A stretch of DNA of 64,000 nucleotides from Vicugna vicugna (lineage: Eukaryota). A program made the position numbers and the translations under genes. Below the pieces are notes generated by a model. That model saw only the letters and a list, made by a program, of their open reading frames with translations. It was not told the DNA's origin and made no database searches. Of the stretch, positions 49,349 to 64,000 are shown piece by piece. The stretch spans positions 2,043,319 through 2,107,318 of the forward strand of contig MU061579.1 in assembly GCA_013265495.1 (NCBI GenBank), in the 5' to 3' direction. Position 1 is the first letter of the stretch; each line of letters begins with the position of its first letter.

Positions 49349-52300
49349 GAAATGTGTTACTAATGGGTGTCAAAGTCACCAGGAATTCCATTCTCAAAGA
49401 GGTAGTTAGCAGAATTTAATAGTAAAGTCTTTAAAAAAAAAACAAAAAAACCCAAAAACCTATTTCAACAATGATTTGAAGACTCTGGCTTTGGGTGAAC
49501 TGAGGAAAATTTAGTCTATTAAGTCTTTGTCTATAATACATTAAATAACGACTTTGAATAAAATCCTAAATCGATCAATAGTTTTAACTTGTTATGTAAT
49601 CACAGTCTTTTCCAGACCAGTGAGATAGTTGTGAGAGTAAAGGACGGTGTCTCTTGCTCATTCTGTGTGTCTTTCTAAATGCCACTGTGTGTGTTTGTGT
49701 GTCCTCCCACACATGTGTATGCAAAGACTTTGAGCAACATTTATAAATTGTATTGTCTATAAAGACATTCAAGAGATTTATTTTGTATTTATCGCAGCCA
49801 CTGCCAAAGGTTGATTTTTCCTTAATCAAGAAATACTAAACAAAATATCTGTAGACTTTCCAAGGGATAGTTTGTTTTTTAAATTCCTTAAGAAAATTTA
49901 GAAACTTTCAGTTAGATTCACTGAAGTCACTGTGGTCATATTCAGAAGGAATATGAAGGCTACATTCATCTGAAGGCTATTCTATTTAATGTCAGAGAAC
50001 ATAAATTCAAGAGGCTTCAGCATGTGACATACTGAGAAAGCAAGTAGCCGGATTTTAGTTGTATAAGTAGCGATTTGCTAGGTAAGTCAGGGAATTCTCT
50101 GTATGGTCCCTCTAACTCTCTCTGTTTGTATATTTGTGCTTCTGTTTGTTATGTTGTATGTGTTTACGTGCCTAAAAATAAGTGTTCCACTTGTAAACTT
50201 TGATAATTGTATAATATATTTATCATATCATCTGCCCAATTAAAGTTTTCCCCAAGTTTTGAAATACTGACCAAGAATGCCAGATTCTTGAGAAAATTTG
50301 GGTGAATTATTGTTAACAGAAAAGCACTTTCAGAAAAATAAATAAATACTGGAACAACAGTAAAATACGGAGTGACAGGAAACGCATGCGAACCCATGAA
50401 CATCACTAATGCATGCATTTCAGACCTTTTATTTTATTAGCCATTGACTTAATTCTGCAAAAAGGAAATTTTCAGAAGTATCACTGAGACTATAGTGAAA
50501 TTCCTGAATAAAACCTAATGATCATCAACCTCTCATTTCGTTTTGAGCACAAGGACCAGTGTGAGAAACTGGTGAAGAGAATTCTTACTGCTTTTAGCTT
50601 CTTGGAAATGTCATGCTTCCTCATTTTAACGAGTAAACTTCCTCAGATATGCTGAAAGTGTAAGTCCTCTAACAAATCACGTCAACTCCAAAACAAATTA
50701 TAGACCAAAAAAAAGGCCAGAATTTTGGGGATAACCTAAAATGTGTAATCACATGGAGGGGATATTTATGAATATCTTCACAAAGAAGAACATTATAAGG
50801 CAGAATTATGCAAACTTGGTTTGCAACACACTATTGGGACATGAATCAATTTGTGAGTTTCTACCACAATTAGAAAGATACAAAATAAAGCCAAAAATTT
50901 TCAAGGATTCCATCCATATAGTAAGAGTAAATATTGTCTTGGGAGATCTTTATTTCAGTTGTGTTTGTATGCCTGTGTGTCTTTGGCTTTTGGTTGCTTC
51001 GTAAAAAATGTGTCTTATTGTGGAAGCAGCTGAAAAGTATTGCGAACCACCACTCTAGACTGTTTGGGGTGGGAAACAATGGCTATTTACAGTTATGATT
51101 AGAAAAACATAATAAATCAAAACAAAAGAATTACTAACGCTCCCCAGAATGTTAGTTTGTTATTAAGCTGAATCAGAACAATCAACAGCAGTGAGCTTTT
51201 GAGAAGTCCATTACCATTCCTCTGCTTTTTTTTTTTTCAATCTCTGAAGATGTCGCCCTTGGTTCCCATCCCTGCACAGACATTTCTCCCCCAAACCCCT
51301 GCCTCCAGTTGTCGTCCCCACCTCAGGTCTCCTGACCAGGCTCCTTTTCAGTTACTGGAATTTACCATTTAGGGTGGTGCCTGCGGACAGATGGAGGCAG
51401 ACTCAGAGCCAACCATCCAATACCCTGTATATTTTAGCAGTTGGACATTTTCTTTTAAACGTCAGGACAATACTTCATTCTCCTCTGTAAACTCTAAAGA
51501 GAAATATGAGCATGTTAGAGACTAGTTTAAATAAAGTTTATTTCTTTTAACACATCTCATATCAGCTGGTACTGGGTATGAAAAGAAAAATGGGATTGAG
51601 TCTGTCCTCATGGAATTAGTATATTAAAGAAGATTACAGAGCAGAAAAACGATAGATAATATTTGCATTATGCTTCTTCAGTTTCAAAGCATTGAATGCA
51701 TGTTTGCTTCTCAGAACAATCTGTAAGGAAAAGCACCATTTCTATTTCTGAGACAAGGGAACTGAGGTAATGAACAGCTGTTTCATGGCTCTGATGGAAC
51801 TGGCTAAGAACTATCAGGTCTTTGAAGAAATAGCCCAAATTCAAAAGTACTGACAGCATTTAGGGGAGGTGGTGACATTTGTACTTTTGACTACAGTATA
51901 TTTTCAGACTTACCTGGGTAAAATCTTTGCAAAAGAATTAGAATGGGATTCATTTTTCAAACTTCTTTTGGTCACAAACTGCACTTTATATTACAGAAAA
52001 AAATGCTGTGGGTATAATTTAGAGATTGAATTAATTAACCCAATTTGTAAACAATAGCCTCATATGTGATTAAAAACAAACAAGCCAACCTCAAGAATTA
52101 GGTAAATCACTCTAATCCTAACTTTACTTCTGAGGCTCTCTCTAGAAAAGCTATCGAGGTCCTTCAGAAGTAATTCCATGTTTGAAATAGCTCCCTGGGA
52201 ATAATTTCTATCTATAACTTTGCAAAACACTTTTCTTGGATGTGTATGATTTTTTAATCCATTTACTTTATACAGAATAGATTGGCTATGTCTTTAGTAT

Positions 52301-52404
52301 ACAGTACAAGGCTTTGTAATTAAAATGATGGCTAAAACAAGGCCCTTATCTTCAGTGCAAAAATAATATATACAAGGTAAGGGATACGTGAAGTTCAGGG
52401 GAAC

Positions 52405-52505
52405 TATCCCCAAGTTTATCTTGTCCATCATGTGATTCCAGTGCCTACTACAGTGTCCCGCGTATCAGAGACACTCCTAAATATTTGTTGAACAGATGAC
52501 TGAAC
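52405..52505 (+). mobile_element. L2 3' end
   Basis: CCAGTGCCTACTACAGTGTCC...AAATATTTGTTGAACAGATGACTGAA. Confidence 0.6.
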
Positions 52506-54149
52506 AAAAGACCTGGGCCTTGGTACTAGGTAGCCTGAGAAATCCACCCACGTTGGATCACTGAACTGCACTGTGGCCACTTTTCTATCCATCTCTGAGA
52601 ACATCCTAATTGTTATTTTCTTTCCCTGCTGGGTGGATGTCTCCATGATAAAAGGCTACCTGCTGGGTTGGCTAGAGTCTCTGCCTTCTCTGCGGGGTGT
52701 GTGACTCTTGTTTTGGTACCAAAAGAGCAATTGTCTGATTTCCCCTCTTTGCTTCCTCTGGGTGGTGTTATACACACCAAACCCTTAAAAAAGATAAAGT
52801 AAACTAAAGCAAACTTGTAAGGAGGCACTGGTCACACAGTAGATGTGTGATGTATTTGAGGGGCTTTGAAAAAAGCGTGCAAATACATGGGTTTTCAGGA
52901 TTTTTCTGGCACTCCATTTTTAGGAGAAAAACATACACATGTGTCCCCAGACACACGCATGAGTCTCCGTTTTGTCAGCGTGTATCTTCCCACAGGTAGT
53001 AGTAGTGTTTCGCTGTGCCAGCCCACGCTCACTCGTAACGCGTTTTTCCCCCCTCCGTTTCCATTCTCACTGCCCCTGGGGAGCGGTCATTTTTAAAGGT
53101 GAGAATCCAGCACATCTGTAAAGAGAAACATGTGCTTGGTGTACTCGGGAGAGAGGTCTAGAAGAGGGAGTGTGCCCTGGCTGGGGAGTGATGAGCAGTG
53201 AGGTGGGAGCTGAGAAATGCAACTCGGAAGCACGCCTTCCGAGCCCCAAGTTCTAAGGAGAGCCTTTTTTTAAGTAGCAAATGACCTCTGGAGGAGTTGG
53301 TTCAGTCTTTGGCACACCTGGGTGTAATCTGCTGTAAGCAGATAACTAGGTCAGCACCTCACAAAGACCAGTAGTTCTTAAGAAATGCAGATTTGATGAG
53401 GGCCTTGAGGAAGGATGGACAACTTTCAGTAGTTTAGAAGACCGAGAACTCTGTTAAGGCACCGAGTGGCTCGAACTCCAGCTGGGAGACAGGAGGTAAG
53501 GTGAGATTATAACTAAATAAATAAACAAATAAATAAAGGTGGGCGGGGGGATTCAGTCCTGACAAAAGCCAATGTTTGTGGCCTTGAATTTTGACCCGGG
53601 GCCCTGGTGACCGGAGGATGACACTAAACGTCAAGGCTTCATGTGATTACAAAATTAGTGTCAAAAAGCAGTGGATGTTTACTTTCTCCCATATCTGCCA
53701 GGTGTTTTGTTTGGGTTCGGTTTTTGTTTTCAGCCTGGAGACTCCGTCCACCTGCTCTGTCATTCATTTTCTACCCTGTATTTTTGACAGAAAGAACAGA
53801 GAAGGAAAATAGAAGAAAAAAAAAACACAAACTGCATGGCAATATACTCCCCTTCTCTTTACTATTATTATTAGACTACTGGAATCAAAGCTGTTGCCAC
53901 ATTACTGCCATGGAGCTGTTTCTTATCCTAATTTACTTTGATTCTCAGAAATTGAGTTCTGGTAGGTCTGTACTATATCCCAGAAACCTGCATTTTTGAC
54001 ATTTTCACTTTCTCAATTCTGATTGCAGAGGGTAGGTCAGGCTACAAAAAACGTGAGGTTTAGAGCCCCTGAAATCCCTAACTTCTGCTTCCTGGCTCAC
54101 TCTTCGACAGCCTCTGGGAAGTAGGAAACTAAAGCTGGACGAGGTAACA

Positions 54150-54345
54150 GGAAAGTCTGCCTTCTTGTCCTGGCTCTGTCACTGACTGGCCAGTGTGACC
54201 TATGTAAGTCTCTCAAGTCCCCAAGCCTCTCAAACTCATCCTCTGTCATTTTACGTAATAACCCCTGCTCTGATTACATGACAGGGTTCATGAGAGCCAC
54301 ATAAAACGTGTGGGGCTTGTCAAAAAGCTACTGCAACTTAAGATA
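54150..54345 (+). mobile_element. MIR SINE
   Basis: CCTGGCTCTGTCACTGACTGGCCAGTGTGACCTATGTAAGTC. Confidence 0.6.
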
Positions 54346-55192
54346 ATATTTCTAGTTATCAAGAAATTTCTCTAAGCCCTTCTTAAAGTGCATTTACACT
54401 TTTGGGGTATTTTCACTATGATGTAAAAAGGTTATTTTGGTTTTGGTTTTGGTTTGTTTGGTCACAGTGTACTTGTTTGGAGCCCTGACGTTCTCCAATC
54501 CTGGCTGATTTCTCCAGGGTAACGCTGATCCCGCTCAAGGTGCGGCCAGTGCGTGTGCCTCTCTGTCTGCCGGAAGGCACTGGGTTTGGTCACAAATCAT
54601 TTCAGTGCCTGTGGCATCTCGATGGTGAAAGAGAAGCAAAAGCTTGTTGCTGTAAAACAAGGAGTTTAGGAAAGGCTCACAATAGTTTGTATCCATTTTG
54701 ATACTTTAAAAATTTTTTTCACTACTTTTTAAGAGTGCTTTATTCTTCTGCGCATTATTTCCTGGGAGGTTTTCTTTCACTCCTCATGCCAGCCTGTAAT
54801 ATTAAGAGCTGTCATTTATTTGAGCTTTAAGTCTGTGCGGTCACTCTGCCACGGGGTCTGTCACACTCATGCATTTCCTCCTCCTAACGACTCCAGGAGG
54901 CAGGGCCTGCTCTTTTCTCCATGTGACATATGTAACTGGGAAAAATACAAACAGAAGCTCTTAGGTCCCTTCTTCTCCACCTAAAACAGGGGGCCTTAAG
55001 TTACCTGCAGTCAACTTTCCTCCAACCTATTTCCCTCTTTGAATTTGAGAATTATTATTAGCATAATAGTCCTGATCGATGTTTGTTTGTATTATGCACA
55101 GATTTACGTGTTCATATATTTAGGCTTTTGTATGCAGTTTGCTCTAGTGCACAATCCCTGCTATGTCTCCTGAGCAGGCTGAGAAGAGAGTC

Positions 55193-55502
55193 TGTGTTAG
55201 TCACAAGGACTGTGGTAACAAAATACCAAAATACTGTGTGGCTTAAACAGTAGAAATTTCTTTTTTCACAGGTCTGGAGGCTAGAAGTCTCAGATCAAGG
55301 GGCCAGCGCATTTGCAGAGCGAGAGCTCTGATGTCCCTTTCTCTTCTACTAAGGACACCAGTGCTGTCAGATTAGGGCCCTACCCTTCTGATACCATCTA
55401 ACCATAATTAGCCGCATAAAGACTGTAACTCCAAGTAAGTCACTTTGGAGTTTGGGGCTTCAACAAGTGAATTTCCCAGGAGATACAGTTCATTCCATAA
55501 CA
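55193..55502 (-). mobile_element. MaLR LTR MLT1B/C-like
   Basis: TGTGGTAACAAAATACC..GGCTTAAACAGTAGAAATT..TCTGGAGGCTAGAAGTC..AAGGACACCAGT..ATTAGGGCCC..CAGTTCATTCCATAACA. Confidence 0.8.
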
Positions 55503-58500
55503 GAATCCTTTCTTGATCCGAGCAAGAACTTGTTGGACCAGATCATCATTTCTTCATGAGTTTGTCATTTACCACATACGGTCTGTACTTTCATAGGAAG
55601 GAAGGTGCACTTCCCATTTTATGAGGACCTTTTCAACCCTTTTCAGATCAGCCTCAAAAGACATGCAGCCAGATAGATGTGTTTTGGCATTGATGGAAAA
55701 TTGGTACAATTGCTATAGCTTTTGTGAAATAATATGAATCTATAACATGTAGGCATGTGCATAAAATTTGAAATTCATGTTTTAGCTTATTATGTCTAAC
55801 ATTTTATGCACATCATTGAATGCTTTCTGCAGTTTTCAGCTTTCACAGGGATGTGTGACATTAAATAACATCTTAGTTATTTTAATTTTGCCAACTGATA
55901 AGTTCATGTAGGTATATTAATTAATATAAAATCAATATTTGTATAAAAGAGTCCAAAAATTGTTCCACAAATGTAACAGAGGTCTTTTTAAATGATGATG
56001 TTTATATTTAGTTTTAAATGTCTGGTATATTTTCAGCATTAAAGTCCAAATGAAAAGCAGTAGGAGTTGAGTGGGGAGGGAATCAGTTGAAACAGTAATA
56101 ATGTAGGCTTAATAATCCCTCTTTTCAAGGGACAGTCTCAGTGGATTTGCAGGCATAGTGGCATAATTGGTCTGACAACGATCCAGTGGGTATGATTTCT
56201 CATGGCATATGGAAACTGCCAAGCATGTAACCGAGGCTAGTCCCACGCTCTGAGTGACTCTCCACCAGCTATTATTATGTATGCATGCAACACTTTGCAT
56301 CATGACACAAACCCAGGGACACATCAAGGGTTTTTCTTTTTTTACACTGTGCCTTTTAATTTTCTTAGTTAAAATTTCATGTGATGAAATACATAATGAG
56401 TAGCCTGGGAACTATATATGCATAAAGCAATGATTTTTTTAGGGGGATAATACATCAACATCAGGAGGAGGGACTCCTTTTCTGTCCTTTGGTCAGAATT
56501 TCTAACGTCTGAACAGACCTTTCCTAAGAACTACCTTTCTAAGCTTCCTGAGCTAATTTTACATTTGACTCCCTATATTAAAAATGGCAAGTTAATCCGC
56601 CCTTTTGTTCAGGGAAATGGCAATAATTATGGCATAAATTTAAAGGATTTTTAAAAAACTGCATCTAAATTCTAAATCTGCTTTTCAGTGTATTTAACTA
56701 TTGAGCACAAAGACCAATTTTAGATACAGAGATGGCATTTCCTTAGGGCGTTAGGAACAAAAGATGGTGATGCCTATTTTTTCCAAACCAATGCACATAG
56801 TATTAGGTCAGGAGCATTCAAATTTACATTGTTACAAAGACTCCTGGCCTTTCTCTTCAAAGTTTTACCTTTAATAAGAAACGTGTATGTGTATGTTTGT
56901 AGATGTATATACGTATAATATATATATAAGTATGTATATATACATTCACATACACAATACACACACAGAGGTAATACAGTAACATTTCAGAGAGCAAATA
57001 CTTAATATTGTATGCCAATTACATGATTATATGCAAGGCAATGTTTTGGAGACTGGAGAAAGCAATAATAAAAACAGACAAACATTTCTCCTCCTGCAGA
57101 GATTCATTTTTAGTGAGATAATACTTAAATGATAGATAAACTTACAATGCACACTATATTCTATGCAGTGGTCAACATGTTTCACATGTGTTAACTTACT
57201 ATGTAGATACAACAGTCCTAGGAAGAATGCCTATAATTGTCTTCATTCTGTAGTTGAGAAAAATGACAGGCGGTGGAGTCGAGTAACTGGCTCATGGGCC
57301 CACAATTTATAAAGTAGCAGAGGCCAGTCTCTACCACCATGCACGTGCGGAGTAGAGGAAACAGATCTATTTTATAGATAACTAGTTCTATGAGAATGAA
57401 ATTGAATTCACTGACTTCTCTTGAAGGCTTTGGTGATATTTCAACCTTCCTATTTTAATACCTTTTACTATGTTCTTGAAATTAGGTCAGTCAGTCCAAT
57501 TTTTTTTAATACTACCATCTTAAACCTTAATCAAAGTGCAAATCAAAAAATGGGAAGACAGATATTAGACCAGCAGGCCCTCCTCCCCTCCTTCCCTCTA
57601 CCCATTCTGTGCTTGGGGAACACCTCATAAATGTATTTTCCTTTTTTTGTCATTTAATTTTAATATTCTTCATTTCATTCAGTATTCACAGTCTATTGTG
57701 TATGTTATTCATACAACTAGGAATAAAATATACTCATTAACTTTTGTGAATTGCCATTTGATTTAGGGCAGGACATGCCTTTATATAGAGAATAAATTTT
57801 TCATTAGAAGATTCTTAAAACATACATTTTGTTTACCTTTTACTAAAAAGAAAAGTCATGTTTTATCTTTCCCTTAAGCATTCACATTTGAAAGAAAACA
57901 AGCTAAAAAAATTCTTTGTAAGAGATTTCCTGTACATATTCTGGTTTTCTTTAAATTAGGTGCTCATTATTAAACATTAAATTAAAATATGACCTATATA
58001 TAGCTTTTTTCTTAAAATACATTATTTTATATTCTTAAAATATATATATTATCATGTTTGCTATTTCTTTGTTTAAACTGTGTGTTTAGATAGATATCAT
58101 ATATAGATAGATAGAAAGATGTCTATATTTCTTTATAAGACACGTTTTCAGTCACCTAAAATTCAGGTGCGTACCAGTGAAGACCATCTGAAGTTGACTC
58201 TTTATGATGATAATGATATACTCATTTTTGCTATGACCATGTCTTCCTAATGTGTTAATGATACTTTTTTAAATAAGGATATTTATTCAACTGGTAGGTG
58301 TCCCAAAATGTGAATCTTTGTAGTATAACTCTGGGTTCAGTTATATAATATCCCTATATACTTGTCATCTGGGTTGATCTTAGTGTTATTGGAATGATTT
58401 TAAATTTTTAAATCTTCAGAATTAGTGAATCAAATTTTTGAGGCTGTTATTTCCACAGTCCACTTAATAATTTGTGGAATTTTGTTTCCTTAACAATAAG

Positions 58501-61500
58501 CATTAAAAATGTCACCAGCTTTGCAGTCATATCCTATTAATAGAAAGAAAGTATGATAAACTGGTAAGAAGCCCGACTAATAACCCCCTCCAGGCCTCAC
58601 TTGAATTCTTACAGAGCCCACAGATCACCTTGTTACCATTTGGTTAAAAGTTTACCTTTCATTTGGAAACAACCAATTTAAAGCCAAAGGACTCTGGAAA
58701 TTAATCAGCGTTAGTTACTGGACTACTAAGTTTGAACATCATACATGCAGTCTAAAATTACCAAATCATTAGAGCATGAGCAAAGTTGGGGATGGAACAA
58801 TTTGGTTTGAGCTGGAAAGCTCATTCAGATTTGGTGTCTGAAAATGGACAATTAGTTATGTGTCTCTAAACTTCAATGTAGACATTGGTACACTTTCAGA
58901 AAGAGGAAAAGAGGAGAAAAGACAAAGATTGCCATGTGTTGGGCATAACCACATTGTCAGGACCTGATGATGTCCACAATTCAGCCTGTATGTGTTATTA
59001 TCACGCTAGCAAAATGTTTCCTGGATACACCTTGCGAGAGTTTTTTTTTTTTTTAAATTCACTTAGGCAAGTGGGAATTGTTCTCAGTCCCCAGCAATAA
59101 ACAGTATGAATAACTACTTTACACAGTAAGCAAGTAATAAAAGTGCATGCGCATGTGTTCTTGAGAATTCACCACTCTTAACTTCAAACTTTTTGATTGT
59201 TCTTTTGTAAAACAAGAACAGTTGTTGCCAGAGCACAAGGCAGAAACTCCTAATGGAAAACATGCATTTACAATCGTGTTAACTACTCTGTTTAGCCTGA
59301 GAAGTGTTTCAGTGAAGAATCTGGCTTTAGTGTCAGCTTATGCTTTCAAATATCTGTAAGGCTGTTTGCTAATCACTAAATGACGTGAACCTTGAGGGAC
59401 ATAAAGTGCCTGATGTCCCCACTGTTTCACATTACAGTTAACGGGGCAGCGTATGCACGTCGTGAAGGAAGGACAGACATGGCTTGTGAATAAAAAATTA
59501 ATCTGTAGATAGTATTTCTGTAATCTACATGTACATGTAGATTTCTGTAATCTACATGTACAAATGTCTGTATAGATTTCTGTCAGAAATGCTCAGCTCT
59601 ACATTTCAGGCTACAGAGGTACCATGCAAAGAAAATGAGAGTGATTTGGGTGAAACCCAAACAAAGAAAATCCAGCAACCCTTCTAGTCCTTAATTACTA
59701 TGTCATGCACACTTGTGCAGTTTATCCTGTGTTCAGAGCTGACCTGTGTGCTGCTTTTCTGATCTCCAGTGTTAGTAAGGACTAAGACAGGGCTGCCACT
59801 TGAGCTGTGAATTTTGTTTTGGTATAAAATAGTAACAGAAAGAAAGAAATTATTCATCACAGCCTATTTCATATGAAAAGAGCTTGAAACACAGAAAGAT
59901 CCTCACATCTAAAAGCATGACTTACCACATAATATGCCTCCACATTAGAGGGTACAATCCTGGCTGAGAGGCAGATGCAGCTTTTATAAGGTTTATTTTG
60001 GTCTTGATCTCTGATGTTGAACAGATCACTCGGTTTTCCTTTATCTCATTTTCCTAACTTATTCAAAACTCCATGGGAAATGTAAGAAATGATAAATCAA
60101 ACAGGGAAATACTGGATATTGGTGACTGCAATTTCTGTTATAGTAAACAAACTATCTTTAAGGAGGGAGGAGGGAGATTAAGCAAAAAATGAAGTAATGA
60201 TGAGATAGCTGAAGATAAGTATTCTCCTAGAAGAATTAGTTTAAAAAATTAAAGAATATTTTGTTACCAAAAATAACAGAGTTGTCATTTTGTTCCTAGC
60301 ACTTATCTGTGGAGGAGAATTGAAGACATATTATTTTATCACTCTGAGTAAAAGCAGAAATGTCTTACTGAAGAAAGGAGAAAAAAGTATGCTTCAGACT
60401 AGAGAGGAAAGTCTCAATTTACAAAAGGGGAAAAATGCAGGGTTTTGCTCAGGTGTCTAAAAAATGTTTGGCTTATTTCTTTTTTATCATTTAAGCTGGT
60501 TTCTTGCTGGTCCTTTTTATTGAATAATTGAAATAAATGGAGGGTAGGGGAGGAACTTTTTCATCAAAGGCAAAAGATAGTAAAAAATGAAAGTACTGAG
60601 GGAATAGAGAAAGGAAGTTGTATCTTTCTGTACTTTCATGATTGCCTACATTTCTCCCTAAACTCATAATTGAAAAGCTCTGAAAAAAAATATCAAGTCC
60701 TGAGCAAACTGCTAGAGAATAAAACATAACATCCTATGCCCCTTCTACCCCCCACTCTCACTTTTGCTCTCTCTCACATGCACGCACGCACATACACTCG
60801 TGCACACGTGCACACACTCCCACAGGCTCAAACTACGTTAAGTTTTAACACAGTCATATGTTTATCTTTGCAAACAAACAAACAAAAATCAGTTTAGGGA
60901 GCATTGAAATTTGAGGGGCACGTTGGCATTTTTTGCAAGCTGCCTTCAGAAAAATGATGATTAATCCTCATAGATTTCAAGTTGTGGGGGAAGATTGCTA
61001 GAATCATGACTTCAGCAAAGCGGACATCCTGCCTTTGGCAGTCTCCCTGAAAGGCATCGGATTGGAGGCAATCTGTGTTTCCCTTGATCCTTCAGCATCC
61101 TGTGCAGTGGAGTCAGTCTGTGGGAGTCTGAGGTGCTGCTCTTTTCTTTTCCCTGTGGCATCTTGTGAGCTTTTACACTTTCTCTGGCTTCATCTTCCCA
61201 CCAAGCAGTCTGAGTTTTCTCACTGTCTCGGAGGAAGTCAGATGTCAGTGAGTACCAAGCAGCCAAGTGATAAGAATATTTTAAACGCTGAATGTTTTTG
61301 AAGTTTTCAGCATCTCAGCTGGATGGAGAAGGCTATAAAGGACTAACAAATTTGGGATTTTTCTCTTGAATCAGCAAGTTTCCAGTATTCCTTGATCATA
61401 TAATTAAAACATTGTAAAAGCAAAGGTAGAGCTCGAAGTTTGCCTAAGAGGTGTCCCCACCCACCTATGTAACTCTGCAGAAGGAGGGACTTTAAAACTA

Positions 61501-64000
61501 CTAGAAGGTGCACATCCACATGAGTGTTGTTCGTTCACTTATTGAACCCCCAGTTATTGATGTCTCATTGTACTGGGTAAAGCAGGAAGTCATAGTCTTG
61601 TGGAGGAGACAGACTTATAAAGGCGTAATTTTAATGTGATCTTATAACGGCTCTAATGGGAGCTCTGGTGCTTTGGGAAGGACTTACTGATTCCTACGAA
61701 GGTTGATAATAGACAGTCACTTCACAGGGAAGTTATAATGCGGCTTTCATTTCTCTCTCCTGCAGCAGTCCTGCAGCAATCTTGCAACTTTGGCCATATG
61801 GCATTGACTATTCTCTTGGGAACTGGGTTGGAACCCTACCTTTCTTTACATTTCAACAGGTTTTTGCTTTTGATGCATTTCTAATGGATTTTTCCTTTGA
61901 TTGTTAAAATTAGAACCAGTTAATGAGCAATTCAGTGAGCCTCACTGCTTTGTTGTTATCCTATCTTTTTGACCAAAAACTGAACTTACTCACTGTAACT
62001 GTTCACTCTGAATTCTTCACACTTGGCTCTGAATGATTTTAAGTAATTTTCTGATGTCAAACCACCTTCAAATGGCAACTATTACTATCATTGAAGAGAT
62101 TGAAAGAAAAGGAACACATGCTGAGAAGCAATTTCCCAAAGAGGAGTCATATAGATGCTTTTAATCATGGCAACATTGCTGGAATGTTTACACCCTCTTG
62201 AGGCAACTTCTTTGAAAAATACAACAATTCATCTGAGTCATAAGTGCTGTTTTCCTAAAAACAGTTAGTCATGTAATCTTGTATTTTCACACCTTGTATT
62301 TATTTTCTGCATTGATTATTGAAAGTGTTATAGCCCTAGTAGATAGCCTAAGAAAAATCACAATGATTTTTTTTTCCCGTACAATTTCTAATTATTTTAG
62401 ATGCTTTTCATTTTTTTCTGGTGCTCTGTTTTTTTCAGCTGAGCAGCTATCCTGTGTTCTATTAACACTGGTACTTGTTATCAACCGGCTTTCAGATAAT
62501 CCTGCTTAAGTGACTGGTTGATGACAGCTTTTAAGATATTGCCTCTCCAAGTTGTATTTCTATTCATGGAGGATTCTGGAAGAACAAAAAGCCCTGATGT
62601 GAAGCTTTCTAATGAAGGGATTTATAGAAGACATTATCCAGAATACAGAGGAAAACATTTGGAGACAAAGCAATCCTAGTTGACTATTCTCCTGTCATTC
62701 TCGGTCCCTTGAGCTCTTAAAGGTGTCGCTTCACGGTAGATCTTTGGTTTTGTGTCCAGGTGGCAGTAAAGAGTAAAGCATTCTTTATTTAGTGCCAGTC
62801 CACTCAGGGTCAAATTACTTATTTCATTTTGTATGTATATATACATTTTTTTTCCTCAAAAGAGATTATATTTTAAGTCCTAGGGTAAATTTTGGCCTGG
62901 AAACCTCTCACCCTGAGAGATAACAGGCTAATAACTCCCATTTAGGTGATAATTTTTTAAAAATTCAAATTCTAAATTATATTTCTCGAATATATGTATC
63001 TTCTCGAAGTATTAAATAAGAAGTAGCAGGCAGAGGGTCACTTTTTTTTTAATGTCCCTGTCAAACCTTGTGATAAAAAGATCCTGAAAAAAGGTTATTT
63101 ACTGGAAGAACAATCAGACTGATTTTTCTGGAAATTAGCTTCAGTTGTGAGGCCTATGGCATGAAGGGAGAGCAGATGGGTAGAAGTTCTAGAGGGTGTC
63201 ACCGGGCAGCTAGCCTTGGTTGCAGTCTCTCCCTTTGCGTTTTGGTATCTCTGTTTCCTTGTGTTTTTTGCTACCAACTTTTCCAGTCTCCTGAGACCTT
63301 ATTTTCAGTAACTATTGTTGAAATTCAGCCATTTACTTTCTACAAAATCTTGCAGAATCTCTTTATAATTCTCTCTGGACAATGGTTTAAGCTAGTACAT
63401 AAGTTGGGATCTTCTACTGAGAGCGTATTTACACTGGTGAATATTAGTGGGTTAATATGTTAATATCACTACCAGCTATTTGTAAAAGCTGGAAATTGAC
63501 TTGATGCAAGAACAGTCCAGCTAGCAATGGTCATTTCAATTATCTAAGTTTGGCTAATGGAAGATCTTTTTTTCTTTTTTCTTCCTTCTTTCCTTCCTTC
63601 TTTCTTTCTCAAGTTTTTGATTGGGTAGAGTCTAGTAAACCATAAATAGATGTTTGAGGATTTTTATCACTGGGTCTTTTATACCACTGTTATCATGGTG
63701 AATTCTTCCGTGAATCAGAATAGAGCAGTATAATTAATCATTTGAACAGGATTTATGATGTGTCTTAATCCTTCAAGTATTTTAATGCATTTTTGAATTA
63801 TTCTCCATTATGGCAATTTATATTGTGGTTTTTAAAAAGGTGTTGGCTAAAACCATTTATGTAATGATCAAATGTTTTAATACCCTTTGCATAGTTAATG
63901 TTGAACTCTGTCTAAGAAAATGGAGGTGTGGTGGTACTACACAACTAGGAAGCTTTAATTTATGTCCTAAGGGGTGTTGGTTAATGCATCTAACCATCAT

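Noticed and set aside
49400..64000. Downstream PCDH7 exons encoding CM1-CM3
   Set aside because: I saw no matching coding sequence (e.g. the RRVTF motif); these exons presumably lie beyond the window.
1..64000. CRISPR arrays, rRNA or prokaryote-type systems
   Set aside because: Sequence is mammalian; no regularly spaced repeat-spacer array, operon or rRNA-like segment was seen.

Overview
Mammalian genomic DNA, probably camelid judging by a vic-1-like tRNA-derived SINE and young cetartiodactyl-type L1 3' ends. It spans the 5' end of PCDH7 (protocadherin-7, a delta-1 protocadherin). Layout: about 32 kb of repeat-rich upstream DNA (L1, MIR, MER3/MER20/MER58, MLT1, and a deleted ERV-L provirus that sits inside an older MLT1 and itself carries a nested LTR); a CpG-island promoter (~35.2-41.7 kb) with (GC)n(AC)n, (CCG)12 and polypurine tracts; a roughly 1 kb uORF-rich leader; the large first coding exon (39862-43038); an intron read-through tail ending at 43122; a short alternative terminal exon at 49098 with clustered polyA signals; then intron sequence. 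The exons of the long CM1-3 isoforms are not in the window. Repeat family names and human comparisons come from recalled consensus sequences, not from a database search. I found no evidence of a wholly new biological system; the best leads are regulatory (uORFs, candidate cryptic splicing, a possible divergent transcript, non-B DNA, enhancer/CTCF motifs) and transposon history.
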